A stretch of 54,429 nt of DNA from Actinomycetota bacterium (GCA_947380835.1 CANCSL010000001.1:1-54429), one strand, 5' to 3'. Shown: positions 39,227 through 48,952, counted from the stretch's first letter. Numbers and translations: made by a program. The notes: generated by a model not told the origin, from the letters alone.

Positions 39227-40108
39227 CTAAGAACCGAGCGGATTAACCAATTCCAAGACGTCAGAGAAAGAAGTTACGAGTTCAGCTGACCTTTCAGCAA
39301 TAAGTCGATGACAACCTGCGCTGGTCGGTGAATTGATTGGGCCGGGAACTGCCATGACTTGGCGGAAAATCTCGGCTGCATCTCGAGCGGTACGTAAAGA
39401 GCCACTTCGATAGGCGGCCTCCACGACGACAGTGCCACGGGAGAGCGCGGCAATAATCCGATTGCGGGTAAGAAATCGAAAGGGCTCAGCTGCAACTTCT
39501 GGCATAACTTCGGTGATGAGCAACCCGTCTTGGGCAATTTCGGAAAAGAGATCTGCATGTCCTGCTGGGTAGTTGTGGCCAAAGCCTCCGGCCAGCACTG
39601 CGACAGTAGAGCCGTCATTGAGAAGTGCTGCCCGATGTGCCGTTGCATCAATTCCATAAGCCCCACCGCTAACAACACTCCAGGAATGATCTGTTGCGCC
39701 GATCGCAAAATCACCAGCGATGCGCGTGCCGTAGGTAGATGGATTTCGGGTGCCGACGATGGAGATCGACCGATCAAGGTTGGCAAGTAACCCGCGGTTA
39801 CCTTTGACGAGGAGGCCAATCGGCGGCGCTGCAAGTGCTTCAAGTTGTGCAGGCCAATCAGGAGATTCATGGGTTACAAAGGTCGCGCCGGATTCGGCAA
39901 CCTGTTCCAGTAATTGCTCGATATTAATCTGCTGAAGTCGATGGCGAATTCGTGCAACTGAGTCCGAGAAATGCTCGTACCCGCCATCGAGAATTTTGCT
40001 CAGCACATAGTCGCAGCCGAATTCGAAGATTTCGTTATGCCAGAGCGCTGATCCGCCTTCGATTGCGGCGAAGAGTCGCAATCTGGATGGAGTGAAGGAA
40101 TCGGTCAT
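39227..40108 (-). CDS. dprA: DNA-processing protein DprA
   Basis: ISIVGTRNPSTYG...VVSGGAYGIDATAHRAAL...RFLTRNRIIAALS are DprA Rossmann-fold signatures. 293 aa, so a short form without a long C-terminal extension. Confidence 0.9.
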   Translation of the reverse strand: MTDSFTPSRLRLFAAIEGGSALWHNEIFEFGCDYVLSKILDGGYEHFSDSVARIRHRLQQINIEQLLEQVAESGATFVTHESPDWPAQLEALAAPPIGLLVKGNRGLLANLDRSISIVGTRNPSTYGTRIAGDFAIGATDHSWSVVSGGAYGIDATAHRAALLNDGSTVAVLAGGFGHNYPAGHADLFSEIAQDGLLITEVMPEVAAEPFRFLTRNRIIAALSRGTVVVEAAYRSGSLRTARDAAEIFRQVMAVPGPINSPTSAGCHRLIAERSAELVTSFSDVLELVNPLGS

Positions 40109-41628
40109 ATACCCACCTTGACCGAACTTCTGAGGGAGAGCGCTTCCTCAACATTTTCCAGAGAAGGAAGGGCAGCCCCTTGCAGGTCGCATATGCTCCA
40201 AGCAACTCGCAACACTTTGTGAACTCCCCGTGCACTTAAAAGTCCGCGCTCAAGTTCATCATGAATCAGATTCATCGCTGATCTTTCGGCTCGGAACTCC
40301 TTGCGCAACGCTTTAGCCGGAATTTCAGAGTTGAGGCTCCAACCCAATCCATGAAAACGAGCTAATGATCGGGCTCGGGCGCTTTCAACTCGGGCACGAA
40401 TAGTTGCGCTGTCTTCACCCAATGCGGTTTGCAACATATCAACTCGGCTCGGAGGATCAACGAAAACTCGAATATCAATGCGATCCATCAGCGGTCCCGA
40501 TATTTTCTGCAAATAGCGACGCACCTGTAAGGCCGAGCAGGTGCAACCTCTGCCCTTTCCGGCAAAATTTCCGCAGGGACAAGGATTTGCTGCAATCACC
40601 AAGAGAAAAGAGGCAGGGTAGGTGATGGTGCCGATCGAGCGCGTTATGGTGACTTCTCCTGATTCCAAGGGTTGGCGCAGTGCATCGAGTACCCCAGGTG
40701 ACATTTCTGGTGCCTCGTCAATAAAGAGAACTCCGTGGTGGGCCAAGGATGCAGCCCCTGGGCGAATGAAATGGACTCCGCCACCAACCATGGCTGGGGC
40801 CGTCATTGAATGGTGTGGCGCGACAAAGGGCCGAGCAATTGCGGCGGCGGGGTCGATCAATTTTCCGGCCACTGAATGGATAGCGGTTACTTCTAGAGCT
40901 TCTGCCGAAGTGAGTGCCGGCAAAATAGAGGGTAAACGTTGGGCCAGCATGGTCTTACCGGTTCCTGGCGGACCCATGAGTAAAAGATGGTGTCCTCCGA
41001 CGGCAGCTATTTCTAGCGCACGCCGGGCACCTTCCTGGCCGACCAGATCCTCCATGTCGAGCAAAAGGGAAATATCTGGAGTAAACCTCGCAGGCATTTC
41101 TGATTCTGGCACCACGCCATCGGTATAAAAATCGTGCACTTGAGTAAGCGAATCAACAGAAATGATCTCTAGGTTTTCGACAAGGCGAGATTCCATGGCG
41201 TTTGCGGCAGGAATAAAAGCGCGGGTTATTCCTTTAGCCCTGGCAGCCAAAAGCGCGGGCAGGACTCCGCGAACCGGTCTTACCTCACCATCTAAACCAA
41301 GCTCGCCTATAAAAATCGTCTGAGTCATGGAATCTGCTGTCAACAAACCATGTGACATCAAAATCGCCGTGGCTATCGCTAGATCAAAGCTAGAGCCGCT
41401 CTTAGGTAGATATGCGGGCGAAAGCGCAACCGTAATTTTGCGATGGGGCCATTCGAAATTGCTATTGACGATAGCTGACTTAACTCGCTCGCGAGATTCA
41501 GAGAGTGCGGCATCGGGTAGTCCAAGCAAGGTGAAGGTAGGTACGCCGTCTCCGACATCGACTTCAATTGTGATGAGATGACCTTCTAGACCCATGAGCG
41601 CCACCGAGAGCGTTGTCGCGATACTCAA
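40105..41628 (-). CDS. comM: YifB/ComM family Mg-chelatase-like ATPase
   Basis: 507 aa with a Lon-like N-domain, Walker A LLLMGPPGTGKTMLA, FIDEAPE, and a C-x-C...C cluster. TTG start abuts the yraN stop, and there is a 4-nt overlap with dprA. Confidence 0.92.
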   Translation of the reverse strand: MSIATTLSVALMGLEGHLITIEVDVGDGVPTFTLLGLPDAALSESRERVKSAIVNSNFEWPHRKITVALSPAYLPKSGSSFDLAIATAILMSHGLLTADSMTQTIFIGELGLDGEVRPVRGVLPALLAARAKGITRAFIPAANAMESRLVENLEIISVDSLTQVHDFYTDGVVPESEMPARFTPDISLLLDMEDLVGQEGARRALEIAAVGGHHLLLMGPPGTGKTMLAQRLPSILPALTSAEALEVTAIHSVAGKLIDPAAAIARPFVAPHHSMTAPAMVGGGVHFIRPGAASLAHHGVLFIDEAPEMSPGVLDALRQPLESGEVTITRSIGTITYPASFLLVIAANPCPCGNFAGKGRGCTCSALQVRRYLQKISGPLMDRIDIRVFVDPPSRVDMLQTALGEDSATIRARVESARARSLARFHGLGWSLNSEIPAKALRKEFRAERSAMNLIHDELERGLLSARGVHKVLRVAWSICDLQGAALPSLENVEEALSLRSSVKVGI

Positions 41629-41988
41629 CTACAAAATCGCACTTCGATAATCGATTCTGCTTTCTCCGGTCGCAGAGGATAAAACCGCAGCACAATCAAT
41701 TTGGTATTCGGCTCCCAAGTGTTGGTGTGTGGAGAGCCAGGCCAACGCTAAACGTTGCAACCGCATTGCCTTTCGAGCATCAATAGCTTCGAGCGGGTGC
41801 CCGAATTTCTCTGATGATCGGGTTTTCACTTCCACAAATCGAATGACTCCGTTTGGAGCCAGAGCAATTAAATCTATTTCACCTTCGCGAATCCGCCAGT
41901 TTCGTTCCAGCAGTCGATTACCTTGACTTTGCAAGAGATCTGCCACGAGATTTTCACCGGCGCGTCCTAGATTTTGTTTGTACCCCAC
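41629..41988 (-). CDS. yraN: YraN family (UPF0102) endonuclease-like protein
   Basis: 119 aa: LGRAGENLVADLL...GEIDLIA......FVEVKTR. GTG start. Confidence 0.88.
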   Translation of the reverse strand: MGYKQNLGRAGENLVADLLQSQGNRLLERNWRIREGEIDLIALAPNGVIRFVEVKTRSSEKFGHPLEAIDARKAMRLQRLALAWLSTHQHLGAEYQIDCAAVLSSATGESRIDYRSAIL

Positions 41989-42069
41989 AACAGGTGAGGA
42001 TAGATTTCAGCGTCTTTCATCTGGCATATAAAAAAGTTGACTGTGGGAAATCGAGCTGCTGTGGAGAAA

Positions 42070-42498
42070 TTACTTCAGCACTCGAACAGTGACTGAATAA
42101 ACCCCTTGGCTCCCCGTACATTGAAGCGCCTCACCGCAACTGGTTCGAGATGCAGCAATCACATAGGTCCCGGATTTCTTGGCCACGAAATTCCAGGTCT
42201 GGATGCCACATCCCATGCCGGGAAGGCCGCACCCGTTGGGCGCGCTCGGTCCAGGAAGAATTGGTTTGGCGAGAACCGCGCCAACTTGAGAAACCCCAGA
42301 ATTCTTAGCCGAAGGGCTCAAAGACCAGAACATAGAGTGGAGCGTTAATGTCAGATGCGACCCAACCTTCACCGCATAGGTTTTATTTGCCGAGTTTTCA
42401 TTTAACGTGCGAACCGAACTTGCACTGGCAGATTGTGTGCCAGCAGCGCCAACAAGGATCAAAAGCACAACTGCCACAATGCTGGAATGGCGCTTCAT
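42070..42498 (-). CDS. Secreted hypothetical protein with six Cys in the mature chain (possibly a chagasin/I42-like beta-sandwich)
   Basis: Signal peptide MKRHSSIVAVVLLILVGAAGTQSASA. The segments YAVKVGSHLTLTLHS...W and PGMGCGIQTWNFVAKKSGTYVIAASR loosely resemble inhibitor I42 motifs. This is weak and from memory only. Confidence 0.55.
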   Translation of the reverse strand: MKRHSSIVAVVLLILVGAAGTQSASASSVRTLNENSANKTYAVKVGSHLTLTLHSMFWSLSPSAKNSGVSQVGAVLAKPILPGPSAPNGCGLPGMGCGIQTWNFVAKKSGTYVIAASRTSCGEALQCTGSQGVYSVTVRVLK

Positions 42499-42530
42499 TT
42501 CGACTCCCCTGTATAGAACTCGTCAGTGAG

Positions 42531-43136
42531 CTATTGCCCGAGCCCAGAGATATTCTTAAATGAACGTCTATGGATCTCCGTAGGACCAAATTCTATGAGT
42601 GCTCGGCTGTGAGCCGGTGTTATATAGCCTTTGTGTTTGCTGAGTCCGTAGCCTGGATATCGATTATCCAACTCGACCATAATCCGATCTCTGTACACCT
42701 TGGCCAATATTGATGCCGCGCTGATACACACGGCCACTTGATCGCCTTTCCACACCGCCAAGGTCGGAACTTCCAAACCTGCAATCGGATAACCATCAGT
42801 AAGCACATATTCTGGGGCGACCTGGAGAGAATTAACAGCTCTGCGCATGCCCTCGAGATTGGATTTATGGAGACCGAAGGTATCTATCTCGTGTACCGAA
42901 ATTTCAATGATTGAATAACAGAGAGCGTGCTCAACTATGTCAGCAAAGAGTTCGTCACGAACTTTCTCGGTCAATTTCTTGGAATCGTTAATTCGATCCC
43001 ATCGTGGATCTTTGGGATCTTCTAATATTACCGCCGCGACTACTAGCGGCCCCGCGCATGGTCCCCGACCAGCCTCATCAACGCCGGCAATCAATGTAAG
43101 CCCGGAGGAAAATAATTGAGATTCGATATTTACCAT
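42531..43136 (-). CDS. rnhB: Ribonuclease HII
   Basis: IAGVDEAGRGPCAGPLVVAAV and DSKKL motifs. Confidence 0.95.
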   Translation of the reverse strand: MVNIESQLFSSGLTLIAGVDEAGRGPCAGPLVVAAVILEDPKDPRWDRINDSKKLTEKVRDELFADIVEHALCYSIIEISVHEIDTFGLHKSNLEGMRRAVNSLQVAPEYVLTDGYPIAGLEVPTLAVWKGDQVAVCISAASILAKVYRDRIMVELDNRYPGYGLSKHKGYITPAHSRALIEFGPTEIHRRSFKNISGLGQ

Positions 43137-43154
43137 GGCGAAATCTCGGCAAAA

Positions 43155-43832
43155 TTATTTCTTAACAGGCACTTTCGATAAATCATGACCCACTGGCAAG
43201 AACTTGGCGTGGGTGACTGGCCACACCACAAATTCGGCGCGCCCCACCACGTCACTTAAAGGAACCATTCCCTTGTGGATATCGTCGGTATGAAATCTTG
43301 AGTCTGCACTTGCTCCGCGGTGATCGCCCATGACCCAAATAAAACCTTTAGGCACGGTTACGTTGAAATTGCTCTCGCTCGGTTTGTTGCCAGCATAAAT
43401 ATAAGGCTCGTTAATGGAGATGCCGTTAACCTGCAAACGCCCTTTGGCATCACAACAGATAACGTGGTCACCACCGACGCCGACAACTCGCTTAATTAAA
43501 TACTGCTTAGCCGGATCGGGCAGAACACCAACGGCTTCAAGCCCGGTGCGAATCGCTGCAAGAACTTTCGGTGCGGTCGAAGGTGGTGCTGCGCCTAGCC
43601 AATTTGCGGGATCATGAAAAACCACAACTTCACCGCGTTTGATGTCACTGAAATAGCTAGCGACTTTATTTACGGCAATGCGATCATGAATCTTGAGAGT
43701 GTTTTCCATCGAACCTGATGGGATATAAAAAAAGTGAACCAGAAAAGTTTTCACCAAGACCGACACGACCAATGCCGCGACGATAATGATCGGAAGTTCC
43801 CTAAGAAGAGAACCCTTCTTTGGAACGCGCAT
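43155..43832 (-). CDS. lepB: Signal peptidase I
   Basis: IPSGSMENTL (catalytic Ser box), KRVVGVGGD, GDHRGASADSR. Confidence 0.95.
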   Translation of the reverse strand: MRVPKKGSLLRELPIIIVAALVVSVLVKTFLVHFFYIPSGSMENTLKIHDRIAVNKVASYFSDIKRGEVVVFHDPANWLGAAPPSTAPKVLAAIRTGLEAVGVLPDPAKQYLIKRVVGVGGDHVICCDAKGRLQVNGISINEPYIYAGNKPSESNFNVTVPKGFIWVMGDHRGASADSRFHTDDIHKGMVPLSDVVGRAEFVVWPVTHAKFLPVGHDLSKVPVKK

Positions 43833-43860
43833 TAGTTAATGAAGTGTGAGGAAATTGCCG

Positions 43861-44340
43861 TTAGGCAGTAGGAGTTGCGTCGTCGGCAACTGCTTCGACA
43901 ACTGCTTCCACTGGAGCTTCGACAACTGCTTCAACGACAGGAGCTGGAGTTGCAACAACTGCAACAGGAACCTCTTCAACGATGAATTCGTTGTTTGCGC
44001 CACGACGCTCTTTGATCTTTGCTGCCTTGCCGCGTAGATCGCGCAAGTAGTACAGCTTGGCGCGACGGACATCGCCACGGCGAACCATTTCAAACTTTTC
44101 GATGACTGGGGTGTGAACTGGGAATGTACGCTCAACGCCGACACCGTAGGAAAGCTTGCGGATGGTGAAGGTCTCGCGGACGCCAGAACCCTGACGACGG
44201 ATGACAATTCCTTGGAAAACCTGAATACGGCTCTTGCTTCCTTCGATAACACGAACGTGAACCTTGATTTCATCTCCTGGACGGAAATTGATGAGATCCG
44301 AGCGGAGTGAAGCCGCATCTACCGCGTCGAGCACGTTCAT
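43861..44340 (-). CDS. rplS: 50S ribosomal protein L19 with a 46-aa repetitive acidic C-terminal extension
   Basis: [33 protein letters not shown]...[22 protein letters not shown] is canonical L19 (about 113 aa). It is followed by [46 protein letters not shown]. Start chosen at ATG 44340. Confidence 0.93.
   Translation of the reverse strand: MNVLDAVDAASLRSDLINFRPGDEIKVHVRVIEGSKSRIQVFQGIVIRRQGSGVRETFTIRKLSYGVGVERTFPVHTPVIEKFEMVRRGDVRRAKLYYLRDLRGKAAKIKERRGANNEFIVEEVPVAVVATPAPVVEAVVEAPVEAVVEAVADDATPTA
43892..43932. repeat. 24-nt-period direct repeat (GCTTCGACAACTGCTTC x2) encoding the [16 protein letters not shown] units of the L19 tail
   Basis: The identical 17-mer occurs at 43892-43908 and 43916-43932 (read by eye). 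Confidence 0.8.
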
Positions 44341-44459
44341 AACAGGTCCTAACGTAAAAGAAGATCGATGAATTCGTAAATGGCGTATCTGCCAAGGGTC
44401 GTATCTTGCCACAAGCACGCGCTAAGCGACAATTTGGCCCCTGGGCGCAGGAAAGAGCC

Positions 44460-45236
44460 TTAATCGACCGCGGCCACCAACTGAGCGTGCAAGGTAGGTC
44501 CCGCGGCAATGACCATCTCATGGTTGGCGGGACCGCCATGCCGACCTGTCACGATGGCTCCAGCCTCGCGTGCTACCAGTCCACCGGCGGCCAAATCCCA
44601 CTCATTGAGCGTGGCTTCGAAATAGCCATCGACCATCCCCGCCGCAACATGGCACAAATCGACCGCCGCTGCCCCAATTCGTCGCAAATCTCGAATCTGA
44701 GGGATGAGGCGCGCGATTCGAGCTGCCTGATCGTGGCGCAGGCCCAAATCGTAGGAAAAACCAGTGGAGATCAGTGCCCGGTTGAGCTGAATTGGGTTAT
44801 TGCAAGATATTGCGGTTCCGTTTTGAAAGGCGCCACCACCACGGGTAGCGCTCCAGAGGGTTTTCACGCTGGGGGCAAAGACCGCTCCCACGAGAACGCC
44901 TTCCTCATCCTTGGCGGCAATGCTGACATTCCAGCCGGGCAGGCCGTAGTAATAATTAACGGTGCCATCGAGCGGATCGATCACCCAGGTCAAGCCGGAT
45001 TTTGAAGGGCGAGAGCTGCCCTCTTCGCCAATGATTCCATCGCCTGGTCTGGCCGCCAGAAGTGACTCAACGATTAATTTTTCACTGGCGTGATCCATTT
45101 GGGTGGCAAAATCAACTGCCGACGTCTTTTGATGAACATCAAGAACTTCGGGCCGTTGCATGAGCAGTGCGCCCGCTGACTCAGCTACGCGGATTGCCAG
45201 CGCCAACAACTCTGCAGTATCAAAGATTTCACTCAT
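44460..45236 (-). CDS. Inositol monophosphatase family protein (SuhB/ImpA/HisN-like)
   Basis: EEG...WVIDPLDGTVNY and ...GAAAVDLCHVAAG..DGY are IMPase motifs. Confidence 0.88.
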   Translation of the reverse strand: MSEIFDTAELLALAIRVAESAGALLMQRPEVLDVHQKTSAVDFATQMDHASEKLIVESLLAARPGDGIIGEEGSSRPSKSGLTWVIDPLDGTVNYYYGLPGWNVSIAAKDEEGVLVGAVFAPSVKTLWSATRGGGAFQNGTAISCNNPIQLNRALISTGFSYDLGLRHDQAARIARLIPQIRDLRRIGAAAVDLCHVAAGMVDGYFEATLNEWDLAAGGLVAREAGAIVTGRHGGPANHEMVIAAGPTLHAQLVAAVD

Positions 45237-45314
45237 GTGCGAAATCTATCCTTAGCGTCTCGCCTTTGGTACGTGCTCCCGTGATTTACTCTCCGCCTGT
45301 GGCACTCTTGTCCT

Positions 45315-46145
45315 GTGACCGATATTAGATTCCTGGGACGAAGCGAAGATGGCGCATACGTGCTTCTGACCGATGATGAAGGAAATGAATTTCGGCTTCC
45401 CTTAGATGACGATCTGCGCGCGGCTATTTCCCAACCTAGGCTCGTTGCAGTCTCTAATTATTACGACCAAACCGACAGCGATGTGATCACTGTTAAAGAA
45501 GTCCAAGCGCGCTTACGTGCCGGCGCCAGTTTTGATGAAATCTCTCAACTCTCGGGCTGGACTTTGGAAAAGATCGACAAATATGCCGGCCCTATCTTGC
45601 AAGAGCGCGCTTATGTCATCGACATCGCTCTGAAATCCCCACTCCGCCGAGACTCCAACTCCCCCTTGCTAGGACTTGCTGCTCATTCTCAACTGGCCCC
45701 TCGCGGTGTGGATATGGAAGAAGTCGAATGGAACACTTTCCGTTTCGAGGATGGCACTTGGGAAATTATTCTCAATTACCCGAGCCGCGAAGGAACGTCA
45801 TCAGCCCATTGGAATTTTGACTTGCATAAAAGAGCCCTCATTGCCGAAGACGATGGAGCGCGTTGGATTAATGGCGATGAGCGCGATCAACGTGTTAAGA
45901 CGCCTACCCACGGAATTATTTATCAGAATGAAAATTCAACGCCGGCACCACGTTTGGTCGCAGTTCGTCCAGAAAATTTTGAAAGCGAAACTGCCCCGAT
46001 CCAACCGGTACGTACGGAAGAGATCGCACCTGATGCAAAGCGTGATGGCGTCACCAAGCGCATCAAGATTCCTTCGTGGGATGACATCATGTTCGGAGCT
46101 AAAGGCGATAACACCTCACAAATAGATCCGAACGAAGAGGAATAG
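45315..46145 (+). CDS. sepH: Septation protein SepH (DUF3071)
   Basis: DIRFLGRSEDGAYVLLTDDEGNEFRLPLDDDLRAAI and a helix-turn-helix-like segment (VKEVQARLRAGASFDEISQLSG) are typical of DUF3071. GTG start. Confidence 0.85.
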   Translation: MTDIRFLGRSEDGAYVLLTDDEGNEFRLPLDDDLRAAISQPRLVAVSNYYDQTDSDVITVKEVQARLRAGASFDEISQLSGWTLEKIDKYAGPILQERAYVIDIALKSPLRRDSNSPLLGLAAHSQLAPRGVDMEEVEWNTFRFEDGTWEIILNYPSREGTSSAHWNFDLHKRALIAEDDGARWINGDERDQRVKTPTHGIIYQNENSTPAPRLVAVRPENFESETAPIQPVRTEEIAPDAKRDGVTKRIKIPSWDDIMFGAKGDNTSQIDPNEEE

Positions 46146-46147
46146 TC

Positions 46148-46834
46148 CTACTTCACCGCACTTCGCAAGAAATCGAGCGTCCGAGTCCAAGCTAAATCGG
46201 CCGCTGGTGCCGAATAAACTTCGGGGCGATCTTCATTAAAGAATGCGTGCTTGGTGCCCGCGTAATCGTAAGCAGTCGCACTACCGCCAGCAGAAGCAAT
46301 CTCAGTAAGTGCTTCCTGAATTCCAGGCGCACTTGATGTTCCATCTGATTCTGCGGCATGAATAATTGCGGCTTTGCCTGCGTAATTACTCCAGTTCGGA
46401 TTGGTGCGCTCCCATGATCCGCCCGGATAAAAACCAACGGCTGCTGAAATATTTTCAGAGATGGTTGCACTCCATATTGCCAAAGTTCCACCCATGCAGA
46501 AACCGATGGCTCCAACACTCGCGCTGGTGACATCCGACCGAGCGCTGAGATAACTCGCGGCACCAGCAATATCTTCGCCAGCTTTTTTCATTTGTAATTC
46601 CATCATTAATTTCTTTGCCTCATCGGGCTCGGCCGTGGATTCTCCGTGATACAGATCGGGAGCTAAGGCAACAAAACCAGCCGCCGCAAAACGATCCACC
46701 ACATCTTTAATATGGCCAACTAGACCCCACCACTCTTGAATAACAATTACCGCGGGGCCAGATCCTGAAGGTGGCAGAGATAAATAACCGGTGCCATTTT
46801 GGCCATTGCTTGCAAACGAAACTGATTCACCCAT
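46148..46834 (-). CDS. Dienelactone hydrolase family protein
   Basis: PAVIVIQEWWGL...PDLYHG...GFCMGG (nucleophile elbow with Cys). Confidence 0.88.
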   Translation of the reverse strand: MGESVSFASNGQNGTGYLSLPPSGSGPAVIVIQEWWGLVGHIKDVVDRFAAAGFVALAPDLYHGESTAEPDEAKKLMMELQMKKAGEDIAGAASYLSARSDVTSASVGAIGFCMGGTLAIWSATISENISAAVGFYPGGSWERTNPNWSNYAGKAAIIHAAESDGTSSAPGIQEALTEIASAGGSATAYDYAGTKHAFFNEDRPEVYSAPAADLAWTRTLDFLRSAVK

Positions 46835-46874
46835 GCCAATAGATTAATACTCTTCCCGCCTGCTGGGCTACTAA

Positions 46875-47972
46875 CTAAAGAACAGTTGATAGCAGCGGAA
46901 TATCTACTTCGATTTCCGAGAGGCCGCCGTGGTGGCCCACCATCGAACTTTCCTGTGGAATACGCAAGGGATCAATCAAAATTAAATCATCGCGAGGTAT
47001 TGCCATGAAATCACCCATGCGATCGTGACTTTCAGGTGAGACCTCGCTTCCGAAGAGCTCCCTCGCTTTGATCTGATCTTTATCTAAAATCAGTACTCGG
47101 TCACCAAAATATTCGCGCCATTGGGCGAGCGTTTCGGCCAGGGCATCTTCCTTCACATAGAGGTGTCGGGCTCTTGGCTCGCCACCTAATAATGAAATGT
47201 TTTCCATTAGATCGTTTTCGACTCCAAGAATGATGCTCTCACCCACATTCACCATTCCATGATCGGCGGTAATCCACATCCGCGTTCCGGCCGGAAGACG
47301 TTGTGAAAGTTTGGTGAGCAAATCGGCGACTATGGAGAGAGCTGTCATCCATTTTTCTGAGCCCACTCCGTATTCATGTCCAGCATGATCCAGATTATTC
47401 AAATAGACATATGCAAAAGATGGGGTCTTGGAGAGCGCCTTGATGGTGCCGTCAACCATTTCAGAAATTTGATTGGCGCCAACATAATTTGCCCCGCGCA
47501 GCGCGGCTCGAGTAAATCCTGAGCCTTCATAACGTCTAGCCGCTATCTGGGCCACGTTAATTCCCAGTTCGCGCGCCCGCTCAAAATTAGTTGTACTACT
47601 TTGCCAAATAACGGGATCCACTCGCTCATCCCACTTCAGAGCATTCAACAATCGCCCAGGTGAGCCGCTATGCGGAACACGCACGGTGTAGCCCAACATT
47701 CCGTGTACGCCCGGGAGTTCTCCAGTTCCCAGCGAGGAGAGATTTGTTACGGTCGTCGAGGGAAAGTGAGAGGCCATACGCTCGCGTTCGGTGAAGCGAG
47801 AAAAGATGGGAAATTCACGCCCGTACTCAGAGAGCGCCTGAAAACCCATACCGTCGATGAGGACAATGCATTCTCGGCCATGCGGACTTTCGCCTAACCC
47901 CAAGGGATCTTCGCGCTTTACGCCCAAACTTGAAAAAACCGAGTTGGAGAGATCGGAAAGTTTGAAGGGCAC
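46875..47972 (-). CDS. Alkaline-phosphatase-superfamily nucleotide pyrophosphatase/phosphodiesterase-like protein
   Basis: VLIDGMGF...FPSTTVTNLSSLGTG...DHAGHEYG...TADHGM are AP-superfamily metal-site motifs. I favour the GTG at 47972, because the ORF-track start at 48032 leaves only 17 nt to the divergent psuG. Confidence 0.78.
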   Translation of the reverse strand: MPFKLSDLSNSVFSSLGVKREDPLGLGESPHGRECIVLIDGMGFQALSEYGREFPIFSRFTERERMASHFPSTTVTNLSSLGTGELPGVHGMLGYTVRVPHSGSPGRLLNALKWDERVDPVIWQSSTTNFERARELGINVAQIAARRYEGSGFTRAALRGANYVGANQISEMVDGTIKALSKTPSFAYVYLNNLDHAGHEYGVGSEKWMTALSIVADLLTKLSQRLPAGTRMWITADHGMVNVGESIILGVENDLMENISLLGGEPRARHLYVKEDALAETLAQWREYFGDRVLILDKDQIKARELFGSEVSPESHDRMGDFMAIPRDDLILIDPLRIPQESSMVGHHGGLSEIEVDIPLLSTVL

Positions 47973-48049
47973 GCGCCTATCTTGCCTGAAAGTTGCGTAA
48001 TTGACTCCCTGATTATTGGAGCAACCGCCCACCGAGTAATCTTTCGCGC

Positions 48050-48934
48050 ATGATCAAGTTTTCGCGAGAAGTCGAAGCCGCCCAAAGTTCAGGAAAGCCC
48101 ATCGTGGCTCTGGAATCAACAATTATCAGCCATGGGTTGCCTCGCCCGCGGAATCTTGAAGTTGCCCACGAAGTTGAAGCCATTGTTCGCGATGCTGGTG
48201 CCGTTCCAGCCACGATTGCACTCATTGATGGAGAAATCTTCGTTGGACTTGAAACCGATCAACTCGAGCGAATTGCTAACGATGACAATGTCGTGAAAGC
48301 GTCTACGCGCGACCTCGCCATCATTGAGGCGACTAAAGCCAGCGCCGCCACAACAGTTGCAGCGACTGCACACATCGCCCACTTGGCCGGAATCTCCGTC
48401 TTTGCAACTGGTGGTCTTGGTGGAGTGCACCGCGGGCACAGTTATGACGAATCAGCGGACTTATTAGCTCTTGCTCGAATCCCCATCGTCATCGTATGCG
48501 CCGGTGTGAAATCCATTTTGGATGTTCCAGGAACGCTCGAGCGCTTGGAAACATTGGCAGTTCCCGTTCTGGGATATCGCACCAATAAATTCCCTGGTTT
48601 CTATTTGACCGATTCTGGATTCGAAATTGAACATCGAGTTGACTCGGCAGAAGAAATTTCCAACATCTGGGCTAATCGCTTTGGACTGCGTACAAATGAC
48701 TGCGCCATAGTTGTCACCAATCCAGTACTACACCAAATGGATCTGGCACTTCATGATCGGATTTTGCAGGAAGGTCTCACCGCGGCCGAGGCGGCCCATA
48801 TCACCGGGAAAGCCGTAACGCCTTTTCTCCTCGAACACTTCCATTCGGCCAGTGGTGGCGAATCCTTGAGAGTGAACATTGACATCATTAAATCCAACTC
48901 GAGACTCGCTGCCGAGATAGCGCTTGCGCTCTAA
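48050..48934 (+). CDS. psuG: Pseudouridine-5'-phosphate glycosidase
   Basis: VALESTIISHGLPRP...ATGGLGGVHRG...DESADL are IndA/PsuG signatures. Confidence 0.92.
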   Translation: MIKFSREVEAAQSSGKPIVALESTIISHGLPRPRNLEVAHEVEAIVRDAGAVPATIALIDGEIFVGLETDQLERIANDDNVVKASTRDLAIIEATKASAATTVAATAHIAHLAGISVFATGGLGGVHRGHSYDESADLLALARIPIVIVCAGVKSILDVPGTLERLETLAVPVLGYRTNKFPGFYLTDSGFEIEHRVDSAEEISNIWANRFGLRTNDCAIVVTNPVLHQMDLALHDRILQEGLTAAEAAHITGKAVTPFLLEHFHSASGGESLRVNIDIIKSNSRLAAEIALAL

Positions 48935-48952
48935 CTCGCTATCACTCCGACA

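Noticed and set aside
43836-44318. 160-aa Q/L/S-rich ORF overlapping rplS
   Set aside because: It is an out-of-frame reading of the rplS gene and its repeat-encoded tail. The L19 frame is unambiguous.
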